Virus record (IMG/VR): IMGVR_UViG_3300029288_000107
Location: 1 to 64,000 of that record
Reading direction: 5' to 3' (one strand)
Source: a virus
Lineage: Duplodnaviria; Caudoviricetes
DNA: 64,000 nt
This document shows positions 56,141 to 64,000 of the stretch, in pieces (position 1 is the stretch's first letter; every line of letters starts with the position of its first letter). The notes beneath the pieces were generated by a model that saw nothing but the letters and a program-made list of their open reading frames with translations, did not search any database and was not told the origin of the DNA. A program made the position numbers and the translations under genes.

Positions 56141-56300
56141 CCGTCGCCGTATCGGTGCGGAAGCGGGGCTGGCGCAGGTGAGACCGGAGGGGTGCAAGAC
56201 GCGGCGCAAGGTGGGCCGCGCCGCCCGGTGGCGGGAGCTGCGGAACCCGATCGCGCGGTCCGAGTTCAAGTTCCACCGGCGTAAGGGGTGAGGAGAACCG

Positions 56301-57941
56301 ATGGGCTGGCTTTTCGAGATGATCCCGACCGGGCTGACGTTGACGGAGGCGGCGGGCGGCAAGCTCACGGCGCGGGGGCTGTTCGGCATCTGCGGCGTGC
56401 CCACGGCGAACGGCCGCATCTACCCGAAGAAGCTGGTGGAGCGGGAGATCGGGCGGCTTGGAGAGCGCATGAAGAACCGGCAGGTGCTGATGCAGCTCGA
56501 TCATCCTTCTGACGGAAAAGCATCGCTGTTGCAAGCGGCGGCGCTGCTCACCGGATTGGACCTCGACGGCGACAACGTCATGGGCGAGGCGGAGATCCTC
56601 GGCACGCCCAACGGCAAGATCCTGCGGGCGCTCATCGAGGCGCAGGTGAAGGTGGGCGTGAGCAGCCGGGGTTTCGGCAGCACCAAGGCTACCAACGAGG
56701 GCGAGGAGGTCGGCGAGGACTTCGCGCTGGCGAGCTACGACTTCGTGGCGGACCCCAGCGTGCGGACCGCGCTTCCCAAGTTCTACGCGGAGAGCGTGGA
56801 GGCGCCCGCCGAGGAGGCGCCGCTGGAGCTGTTCCAGCGGGAGTTCCCGGAGGCGTTCGCGCAGTTGACGGAGGCGGCGACCCGGGACGCGGTGGCGCGG
56901 GCGCAGGAGCAGACGGCGGCCATCATTGCGAAGGCGGTCGAGACGGAACGCACGCGCGTGCGAGACGAGATGACGGAGGCGTTCGAGCACCAGCTGCGGG
57001 ACGCCGTGGTTGGCTTGCGTGAGGATTTGGAGCGCGATCTGCGCGAGGAGTACGAGCGGGACCCGGCGGTGGCGGGGGCCCGGGCGGCGCTGGCGCAGGT
57101 GGTGGAGATGATCCGGCCGTACCAGCAGGCGCCGGACGCCGACGCGGTGCGGGACGCGCTGCGGGCGCGGGAGCTGGAGCTGGCCACGGCGCATGAGGCG
57201 ACGGCGCAGGCGGAGGAGCGGGCGGCGCGGTCGGACCGGCTGCTCGCGCTGGAGACCAAGCTGGCGGGGCACCCGCTGGCGGATCCGCTGCGCAAGGTGC
57301 TGGCGCCGGTGGTGGCGCGCGAGCGCGATGAGGGGCTGGCCGGGCGGCTGGACGACCTCATTGCGGAGGCGGCCGACATGGTCCCGGCGAGCGAGGTGGA
57401 GGCGCGGGCGGCCGAGCGCATCGCGCTCACCGAGGCGCAGGATCTGATCAAGGAGAACGAGCAGAAACGGTCCCAACTGGCGGAACGGGTGGACGAGTTG
57501 AAGGCCAAGTTGGTCGAAGCGGTGAAGCTGGGGCAGGAAGCGGACGGGCTGCGGGCGGAGGCCGAGCAGCGCGCGGAGGAGGCGGAAGCCAAGCTCGACG
57601 AGGGCGAGGCGGAGGTCGACGAGCGCGAGCTGGCGGCATTCAAACGCGGTGCGGCGGCGATTCTGCCTGCGGGCGCACGGGCGCGCAAGCTCATCGAGGC
57701 GGCTGGCGACGAGGCCGAGGTGGAGCAGGTGCTGGTGGAGAGCAGGGCGCAAGCCATGGGTGACGGGGACTTGGAGCAGGCGCGGCAGGCGGTCCGGGGC
57801 CGAGGGATGGCACCGGGGGCGGCCGCGTTCCGGCTGGAGGAGGGGGCGTCGCGCGGTGGTGCGCGGGGCTCCGACGAGGTGGTCTCGGCCACGGGCCTGA
57901 CCGCCAACGACATGACCGCGCTACTAGGAGACGGTCAGTAG
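56301..57941 (+). CDS. prohead protease (T4 gp21-like) fused to a coiled-coil scaffold
   Basis: ANGRIYP, QLDHP, TPNGKIL, GVSSRGFGS, DFVADPS; long acidic helical C-terminus. Confidence 0.92.
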   Translation: MGWLFEMIPTGLTLTEAAGGKLTARGLFGICGVPTANGRIYPKKLVEREIGRLGERMKNRQVLMQLDHPSDGKASLLQAAALLTGLDLDGDNVMGEAEILGTPNGKILRALIEAQVKVGVSSRGFGSTKATNEGEEVGEDFALASYDFVADPSVRTALPKFYAESVEAPAEEAPLELFQREFPEAFAQLTEAATRDAVARAQEQTAAIIAKAVETERTRVRDEMTEAFEHQLRDAVVGLREDLERDLREEYERDPAVAGARAALAQVVEMIRPYQQAPDADAVRDALRARELELATAHEATAQAEERAARSDRLLALETKLAGHPLADPLRKVLAPVVARERDEGLAGRLDDLIAEAADMVPASEVEARAAERIALTEAQDLIKENEQKRSQLAERVDELKAKLVEAVKLGQEADGLRAEAEQRAEEAEAKLDEGEAEVDERELAAFKRGAAAILPAGARARKLIEAAGDEAEVEQVLVESRAQAMGDGDLEQARQAVRGRGMAPGAAAFRLEEGASRGGARGSDEVVSATGLTANDMTALLGDGQ

Positions 57942-57969
57942 CGGCACCAAGTCGCCGCAGGAGAGAACG

Positions 57970-59616
57970 ATGACGAACAGCAACGGAATGGAGGCCCGGA
58001 GCCTGCTGGAGCAGGCGGGCGGGCGCGGACAGGGCACCATGCTCGACGAGTCCTACAACGCGCAGGTCGTGCGCAAGTGGTCCGACATGGACGTGCAGGG
58101 CGGGAAGGTCAACTTCCTGCGCGACCTCGACCCGCAGCGGGCTAAGGTGGCGGCGCTGTGTCTGGAGAACCAGGCGCGGTTCCTGCGCAACCTCAACGAG
58201 GACACGCTTTCGACGAACAGCGGCAGCTTCCAGAAGTACATCTTCCCGGTCGTGCGCCGCCTGTTCCCGAACCTGATCCTCAACGACATCGCGACGGTGC
58301 AGCCCATGACGGGTCCGCAGGGCGCGATGTTCACGCTGGAGTACCGCTACGACGACCGCAAGGGCACCAAGCGTCCGTGGGGCGGCATCGCGTTGCAGCC
58401 GTACCAGATGGGGTACGAGGGCGCGCTGGCGGCGAGCGACGACGCGATCAAGAACTTCGCGAAGAACTACGCGAACGAGTACGTGGACTACGACGCGGTC
58501 TGCACCGACACCGGCGCGGCGCCCGCGACGCTGTCCAACACGGATCTCAACTGCCGCGTCCCGGCCTGGTGGCCGATCCGGGCCCCGGGAACCAGCGGGC
58601 AGCGCACCTTCGCCGTGACGGCGGTGTGCCGTGTGACGGACGCTGCGGTGCCGGTGGTCGGCGCCTACACCAGCATCAGCACCAAGGCGGCGGCGACGGC
58701 GGTCCTCACGGACCAGTACGCGCACGCGACGGGCACGCTGGACATCTCGACGGGCGCGTGGACGGTCAACGCGCTGCTCATCGCGGGCGGCGCCTCGACG
58801 TTCGTGGCGAACACGGTCATCTACCTCCAGTACTGGGTCAACAGCGAGTTGACCTACACGGTCACCGGCAACCGGCTCCAGCGCATGTCGCTGAACCTGA
58901 CCCGGCACGACATCGTGGCCGAGCCGTGGCGGCTCAGCGCGGCCTGGTCGCTGGACGCGGCGCAGGACCTGCGGGCGCAGCAGGGCATGGACCTCGAAGC
59001 CGAGATGGTGGCGGGCATCGCCAACGAGATCGGCTGCGAGATCGACCGCACCGGCATCGACATGATGATCAACGGCGCGGCGCACGCGGCGTCGTACGCC
59101 TACGCGGGCACCTGGCCGGGCGACATGGAGAAGATCCACACGGCGGTCACCTACATCGACGCGCTGAGCGCCGCCATCTCGAAGGCGGGCGGGCGCGGCC
59201 CGGCGACGTTCGTGGTGGCGGGGCCGGAGGCGTCGGCGCTGCTCGGGCAGCTCGGCGCGCACACCGACTGGGCGAGCAACATGCAGATGCAGCAGCCCGC
59301 GTCGCACGGCGACCGCAACACGAACTACCCGATCAAGCGGGTGGGCTCGATCAACGGGAAGTACACGCTGTACGAGAACCCGTGGCAGGACAGCACGAAG
59401 GTGCTGGTCGGCTACAAGGGCGGCTCGTGGCTGGACGCGGGCTTCGGCTACGCGCCGTACATCCCGCTCTACGCGACGGACACCTGGACCGATCCGGACA
59501 CCCTGATCCAGAAGAAGGGCATGGCCAGCCGCGGCGCGCTGAAGCTGCTCCGTTCGGAGTACTACGGCGTGCTCACGCTCACCGGCCTGCCGACCGTCAC
59601 GTCGACCCTCGCCTAG
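57970..59616 (+). CDS. major capsid protein (T4 gp23-like)
   Basis: VQPMTGPQG, WSLDAAQDLRA.QG.D.EAE...EIDR, VGYKG.S..DAG..YAPYIPL. Confidence 0.95.
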   Translation: MTNSNGMEARSLLEQAGGRGQGTMLDESYNAQVVRKWSDMDVQGGKVNFLRDLDPQRAKVAALCLENQARFLRNLNEDTLSTNSGSFQKYIFPVVRRLFPNLILNDIATVQPMTGPQGAMFTLEYRYDDRKGTKRPWGGIALQPYQMGYEGALAASDDAIKNFAKNYANEYVDYDAVCTDTGAAPATLSNTDLNCRVPAWWPIRAPGTSGQRTFAVTAVCRVTDAAVPVVGAYTSISTKAAATAVLTDQYAHATGTLDISTGAWTVNALLIAGGASTFVANTVIYLQYWVNSELTYTVTGNRLQRMSLNLTRHDIVAEPWRLSAAWSLDAAQDLRAQQGMDLEAEMVAGIANEIGCEIDRTGIDMMINGAAHAASYAYAGTWPGDMEKIHTAVTYIDALSAAISKAGGRGPATFVVAGPEASALLGQLGAHTDWASNMQMQQPASHGDRNTNYPIKRVGSINGKYTLYENPWQDSTKVLVGYKGGSWLDAGFGYAPYIPLYATDTWTDPDTLIQKKGMASRGALKLLRSEYYGVLTLTGLPTVTSTLA

Positions 59617-59640
59617 TCCTGCGCTGATCAAGCGCCCTCC

Positions 59641-59669
59641 TTGAGATAAAGCGTCACGTATTGTACAGT
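59641..59669 (+). promoter_or_regulatory. possible promoter after the capsid gene
   Basis: TTGAGA, 17 bp spacer, TACAGT in an AT-richer gap. Confidence 0.45.
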
Positions 59670-59707
59670 CACTTCAAGGCGCGCCCCTGCGCGTCGTCAT
59701 GGAGGTA

Positions 59708-60085
59708 ATGATGAGGTACATCGCGTTGGAGCAGGTGGGGAGACCCATGCACCTGACGGGCGTGCGGGCACGGATGCAGGGCACGGTGCGCGTGGCAGAA
59801 CACGCGTCGGTGCTGATCCTGCCGGGGGGCATCACGGAGGACACGGATCTGGACCTGTCGCCGTGGGTGGCGGCAGGGTTCGTCATGCCGATGCCGGAGC
59901 GGGTGGCGCCGGTCCCGAAGCCGGAGCCGAAGGTGGAGCCGGAGGCGCCGAAGGCAGCGGATCCTGTGGCGGAGACCACGAAGGCGGAGGATCCGCTGGA
60001 GCCCGTGGTGGAACCGGAGCCGCCGGTGGTCGCGAGCGCGGCCCCGGAGGCGGTGCGGGCCGGGCGCGCGCGGCGGCGGGTCTAG
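59708..60085 (+). CDS. hypothetical protein with Pro/Glu-rich tail
   Basis: GGAGGT RBS. Confidence 0.55.
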   Translation: MMRYIALEQVGRPMHLTGVRARMQGTVRVAEHASVLILPGGITEDTDLDLSPWVAAGFVMPMPERVAPVPKPEPKVEPEAPKAADPVAETTKAEDPLEPVVEPEPPVVASAAPEAVRAGRARRRV

Positions 60086-60086
60086 C

Positions 60087-60650
60087 ATGCGTCTGGACGA
60101 GCTGAACGCGCGGGCTGTGGCGCCCGCGGAGTTGGGCGTAGGGAGCCTCGTGGAGGTGCGGACCCGCATGGGGGCCGTGGTGGCGGAGGGGGCCGCGGCG
60201 TACCCGACGGCGCATGGGACCTGCGTGGGGGGCCGCTTCTTCGACGGGGCGCTCTACCTGTTCCTGCCGAAGGAAACGCACGCGCGTGCGCCATTGGACG
60301 AGGCCAAGGCCAAGGAGAGGCGGGGCAAGTCCAAGTTGGGGCCGCTGGACCCGGAGGCGCTGCCGGATGACGTGCGGCTCGCCGTTACGGTGGACCACGA
60401 CCTCAACGAGGAGGACGTGCAGCGCGTGCTGGCCTCCATCGGCGATGCGGCGCTACAGGCACTGAAGGGAGTCGGCATGCGGGAGGACGAGGTCTACGCC
60501 CGCGTGGCCGCCGTGCTGAAGGCCGTGGAAAACTGCCTCGTGGCCAAGGAGGGCGCTGCGGAGGACGCGGCCGCCGCCAAGGCGCGCGTGGATGCGGCGA
60601 GCAAGGTCAAGCGCAAGGCGAGCGGCACCGACGCCGACGACGAGGAATAG
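60087..60650 (+). CDS. hypothetical virion-module protein
   Basis: GC3-rich ORF; LDE motifs. Confidence 0.65.
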   Translation: MRLDELNARAVAPAELGVGSLVEVRTRMGAVVAEGAAAYPTAHGTCVGGRFFDGALYLFLPKETHARAPLDEAKAKERRGKSKLGPLDPEALPDDVRLAVTVDHDLNEEDVQRVLASIGDAALQALKGVGMREDEVYARVAAVLKAVENCLVAKEGAAEDAAAAKARVDAASKVKRKASGTDADDEE

Positions 60651-60653
60651 CAC

Positions 60654-61364
60654 GTGGGCACCGAGGCGGAGATCATCCTGTTCGTGCAGCGCACGCTGGG
60701 ATCGACCGTGGTGGACTGCGAGCTGACCACGGATCAGGCGGCGGAGGCCGTGACGTCGGCCAAGATGTGGTACGCGCACTACATCGGGCAGTACAAGAGC
60801 ACGACCATCACGCTGACCTCGGGCCTGACGGAGTACGCGGTGCCCACCGACTGCGATGCGATTGTGGAGGTCGTGAGCGACGCGGCGGACTCCGTGCTGA
60901 CGTGGGGCGGGTTCGACATCCCGGTCAACTTGACGCCCATCCTGCCGCGCGTGGGGGCCGGGTCGGGCTACATCTCGGACCTGACGCAGATGCTCCAGTA
61001 TACGGGGGCCATCCGGCGCACCGTGGCGCGGGACCAGGACTGGTACTACGACGAGGCGCGGCGGATCCTCGTCATCACGCCGACCACGAGCGGCGCCTCC
61101 ATGGTGCGCATCTGGTACATGGCCAACACGGTCGACGTGCAGCTGCTCAAGTACTACGAGTTTGGGCTGGTGCGGGAGTACGCGCTGGCGCAGGCCATGG
61201 AGAACCTGGGCAACATCCGCAGCAAGTACAGCGAGATGCCGGGCGCGGCGGGAGGCTTCTCCATGAACGGGGATCTGCTGGCGAGCAACGCCATGACGCG
61301 GAAGCAGGAACTGACCGACCAGCTGCTGAAGCTCCAGCCGCCGGTTGGCTTCATCAAGGGGTGA
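60654..61364 (+). CDS. neck / head-completion protein (T4 gp13-like)
   Basis: LG..VVD.EL..DQ; YALA.A.E.LG.IRSKY...PG..G....NG..L. Confidence 0.8.
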   Translation: MGTEAEIILFVQRTLGSTVVDCELTTDQAAEAVTSAKMWYAHYIGQYKSTTITLTSGLTEYAVPTDCDAIVEVVSDAADSVLTWGGFDIPVNLTPILPRVGAGSGYISDLTQMLQYTGAIRRTVARDQDWYYDEARRILVITPTTSGASMVRIWYMANTVDVQLLKYYEFGLVREYALAQAMENLGNIRSKYSEMPGAAGGFSMNGDLLASNAMTRKQELTDQLLKLQPPVGFIKG

Positions 61365-61368
61365 TCGC

Positions 61369-61752
61369 ATGAAGACGGTAAGGGATCTGATGGAGGGCAC
61401 GGGCGAGGGGGTCGAGTTCTCCGCGTTGCAGAACGAGATTGCGGTCAAGTTCCTCGGGGCGGCGGCCAAGGCCATCAAGGCGTTCGCCAAGGGGCACGTG
61501 ACGAAGGCGGAGGTGAACGAGGGGCGGAACCACGCCGCGACCTACCTGTCCGTGGAGGCCACGACGCTTGGCGACATCGAGTTCTCGTGGACCTGCCAGA
61601 TCATGGTCGTGGACACGTTCGCGTGCGAGCTGCACGCCATGACGAATCGGGCCGACGAGCGGCGCACCGTCGACAGCAAGATGCGGCTCGCGATGGGGGA
61701 GTGCACCCCGGCGAAGGTCGTGGAACTGTTCAAGCAGGCGTACGGGATCTAG
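61369..61752 (+). CDS. putative internal head protein
   Basis: N-terminus MKTVRDLME. Confidence 0.55.
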   Translation: MKTVRDLMEGTGEGVEFSALQNEIAVKFLGAAAKAIKAFAKGHVTKAEVNEGRNHAATYLSVEATTLGDIEFSWTCQIMVVDTFACELHAMTNRADERRTVDSKMRLAMGECTPAKVVELFKQAYGI

Positions 61753-61784
61753 CGCGCACGAGCGTGTGCGATTAGGAGAGGATC

Positions 61785-63311
61785 ATGGACGAGCGGCAAC
61801 CGATCGATGAGGCCAAGTTTCCAGCGGCGGGCAAGGGCATGGAGTGGGGCGAGAAGGAGCCGGTCGCGCCGGAGACGTTGCCGTCGTTCGTGGAGAAGTT
61901 GAAGCGGGACGAGGGCATGTTCGTGCTCGCCACCTACACGCGCATGACGTGGTTCGACCGCAAGGCGTGGGAAGCGTGGGAGCGGACCGGCAAGCTGATG
62001 ATCAAGGTGGCCAAGGACGGACGGAACTTCTGGACGTTGGAGGGGCGTGGCGTCAAGTACGTGTTCACGCAGCCGACGTCGATCTTCTGGTTGCCACGGC
62101 AGCCGGTGGAGGAGAGCATGGACGCGAACGACATGCGGAGTTGGATCGATCGGTGCGCGGGCATCGAGGTGGCGGCGGTGGCGGAGGCGGTGCGGCCGCT
62201 CGGGGGGCTGGACGTGGCGGCGGCGGACGACGAGGTGCAGATCCACTTCGAGAGCGCGGCCGACGCGCAGCTGGTCTACGACTTCCTGATCGGGGCGGGC
62301 ACTGGCGTCCGGCTGCTGGAGCCCGGCGAGGTGCAGCTGCGGGTCATCGAGGGATGGGACCAGTGCACGGTGGCGTTCGCGCCGCACGTGCGGTACCTCA
62401 AGCCGGAGATCATCGCGGCCGTGCTGGAGGCGTTTGCCGACCGCATCCACGAGGCGGCGTGGGATGCCGCGCAGCGCGACCTCGCGGAGGAGGTGCAGGC
62501 GCTCCAGGAGTTCAACCCGTACCACGACAAGCAGGGCAACTTCGGGTCCAAGGCGGGGCTGGCGGCGGCCAAGGCGGGCTCCTACAGCAAGGGGAGCCGC
62601 AAGAACAAGGTCAGCGGCAAGACCAAGAAGGGCCTCAAGCTGGTGGCCACCAAGTTGCCGTGCGGGCGCGACGCGCGGGACTCGGGCCGGAACCAGCGAT
62701 GCTGGGACGGCGCGAAGCTGGACTGGACGGGGCAGGCCGCGGCGCGCGTGCTCAAGAAGGCCAAGGCGCAGGGCAAGATCCACGATGCGGTCACGGCGTA
62801 CGACCGTGCGATCCTGGAGCGGGCGGCGCGGGCGCTGGACGCGCGAGCGGCGATGATGGACGAGGCGGCGGGCGCCAAGAAGCTGCGTACAGCGGTCAGC
62901 ACGGCCTACAACAAGTACTTCGAGAACGTGCCGGTGGACATCTTCGCGATCGGCAAGATCGGCAAGGAGATCGAGGCGCTGATCGTGGCGGGCAAGGACC
63001 TGGACGCGGAGATGCCCGCGATCGTGAAGAAGTACCGGAAGGAAGAGTCGGATGGGCGCTCCGTGCGGGACCTGCTGAGCGAGCTGGGCGGGCAGACCTT
63101 CGGGGGGCGGCGCGGGGGCCGTGATCCGTACTGGATGGCCGCCAAGTACGCGGGAAAGGACAAGAACGGGACGCCGTTCCGGAAGGGCGACCAGGTCTTC
63201 TACTACCCGAACACGAAGACGGTGCTGGCTGGCGACGCGGCGGAGAAGGCGGCGGCGGAGTTCCAGGGGGCCAAGGACGACGAGCGGCAGTACAACTACG
63301 GCATGGAGTAG
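61785..63311 (+). CDS. multi-module putative head polyprotein
   Basis: Modules separated by hydrophobic-x-E sites; FNPYHDKQGNF motif. Confidence 0.65.
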   Translation: MDERQPIDEAKFPAAGKGMEWGEKEPVAPETLPSFVEKLKRDEGMFVLATYTRMTWFDRKAWEAWERTGKLMIKVAKDGRNFWTLEGRGVKYVFTQPTSIFWLPRQPVEESMDANDMRSWIDRCAGIEVAAVAEAVRPLGGLDVAAADDEVQIHFESAADAQLVYDFLIGAGTGVRLLEPGEVQLRVIEGWDQCTVAFAPHVRYLKPEIIAAVLEAFADRIHEAAWDAAQRDLAEEVQALQEFNPYHDKQGNFGSKAGLAAAKAGSYSKGSRKNKVSGKTKKGLKLVATKLPCGRDARDSGRNQRCWDGAKLDWTGQAAARVLKKAKAQGKIHDAVTAYDRAILERAARALDARAAMMDEAAGAKKLRTAVSTAYNKYFENVPVDIFAIGKIGKEIEALIVAGKDLDAEMPAIVKKYRKEESDGRSVRDLLSELGGQTFGGRRGGRDPYWMAAKYAGKDKNGTPFRKGDQVFYYPNTKTVLAGDAAEKAAAEFQGAKDDERQYNYGME

Positions 63312-63314
63312 GTC

Positions 63315-63827
63315 ATGACGGTGCGCGTCTGGGGCGAGCAGGATCGGGTGATCCTGCGGCGGTGGGAGGCCGAGCGGAACGAGCTGATCGGGCCGACGGC
63401 GCTCTACTACAGTCTGGTCCGGGGGGCGCATGTGGATCCGTTGTACCAGGAGCCCGTAGCCGACCCGCTGTACGGGGGCCCGCCGACGGGCACGGGGGCC
63501 CGGCACACCGACGCGTTCGAGTACGTGGGGCCGTACAGCGTCATCGTGGCCGTGCTGTTCGAGCGGTCCTCGGGCCGCACCGTGCAGGCCGACGAGACCG
63601 GCGTGGAGGCGATGTACGACGGCGAGGTCTACGTGGCCCGCGACGAGTGGGAAGGCAAGGTGACGAGCGGGGTGCCCAAGGAGGCCGACGTGCTGTTCGT
63701 CAACAACGAGTGGTGGGACGTCATCGCGGCCAACACGGGCGGCCACGTCACGGACAGCGGGCACTTCGTGGGGTGGAAGCTTCAGGTCAAGAAGCGGGAT
63801 CGGTTCGAACCGAACCGGAAGGTCTGA
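63315..63827 (+). CDS. neck / head-closure protein (T4 gp14-like)
   Basis: YYSL....VDPLYQE, PKEADV, WWDV; position after the gp13-like gene. Confidence 0.6.
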   Translation: MTVRVWGEQDRVILRRWEAERNELIGPTALYYSLVRGAHVDPLYQEPVADPLYGGPPTGTGARHTDAFEYVGPYSVIVAVLFERSSGRTVQADETGVEAMYDGEVYVARDEWEGKVTSGVPKEADVLFVNNEWWDVIAANTGGHVTDSGHFVGWKLQVKKRDRFEPNRKV

Positions 63828-63837
63828 GGAGGGCAGC

Positions 63838-64000
63838 ATGAAGGTGCGGGATCTGATCGAAGTTGATCAGGGGCGTGACATTTGGATGGCGGGCATCGAG
63901 GAGATCGAGGGCCTGACCGGGCGGAACCAGCACGCGGAGGCGCTGCTGGCCAAGGCGAAGATGCTGCGGGCGCGCCGCGAGATGGCCGTCATCGCGCTGA
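63838..64000 (+). CDS. 3'-truncated putative internal head protein
   Basis: GAGGAGG RBS; MKVRDLIEV... runs off the window. Confidence 0.6.
   Translation, partial: MKVRDLIEVDQGRDIWMAGIEEIEGLTGRNQHAEALLAKAKMLRARREMAVIAL

Larger units (their letters stand above)
424..60289. repeat. dispersed 12-bp palindrome GCACGCGCGTGC, 16 perfect copies
   Basis: Starts at 424, 3970, 12714, 15812, 22199, 25075, 26139, 29847, 34993, 41070, 43715, 46428, 49567, 54517, 56950, 60278. Confidence 0.93.

Noticed and set aside
424-60289. GCACGCGCGTGC as a terminator or a conserved peptide motif
   Set aside because: There is no real loop or U-tract, and it occurs inside genes in all three reading frames as well as between genes.
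1-64000. Long minus-strand and alternative-frame ORFs in the track (for example 55572-57752, 61749-63839, 57691-59631, 20222-21946)
   Set aside because: They are shadows of GC3-rich + strand genes, have Arg/Pro/Ala-rich low-information translations, and show no RBS or motifs.
1-64000. Genome-wide TAG reassignment (code 15)
   Set aside because: Portal, protease, capsid and many other genes end cleanly in TAG, and the long conserved genes have no internal TAG. Only two local cases were found.
1-64000. tRNA or rRNA genes
   Set aside because: No cloverleaf with a T-loop consensus was recognised in the few intergenic gaps; a tRNAscan run would be needed to exclude them formally.

Overview
A 64-kb segment of a large, GC-rich (roughly two-thirds G+C by eye) tailed-phage genome. 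Every credible gene is on the + strand, and genes are tightly packed, often with ATGA/TGATG/GTGA overlaps. From left to right: (1) a recombination/DNA-metabolism module (RecA with a Cys-rich insertion, Hjc-like and RuvC-like resolvases, Cas4-like nuclease, ASCH protein, N6-adenine methyltransferase); (2) about 36 kb of small accessory genes driven by a family of near-identical sigma70-type promoters, including a GHKL ATPase-HExxH protein, an XRE-like regulator, a probably inactive second prohead-protease copy, and an RHH+TnpB (IS607-like) insertion that splits a small gene; (3) a nuclease, SNF2 helicase and DEDD exonuclease; (4) a T4-type head module (terminase, gp20-like portal, candidate internal proteins, gp21-like protease-scaffold, gp23-like capsid, gp13/gp14-like neck). 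The most notable unexplained signals are 16 perfect copies of the palindrome GCACGCGCGTGC spaced about every 3 kb, a conserved pentaloop hairpin after each of six promoters, a likely -1 programmed frameshift in a head-core gene, and a set of putative capsid-packaged enzymes that share an N-terminal tag. All family assignments come from motifs recognised by eye; no database searches were run.
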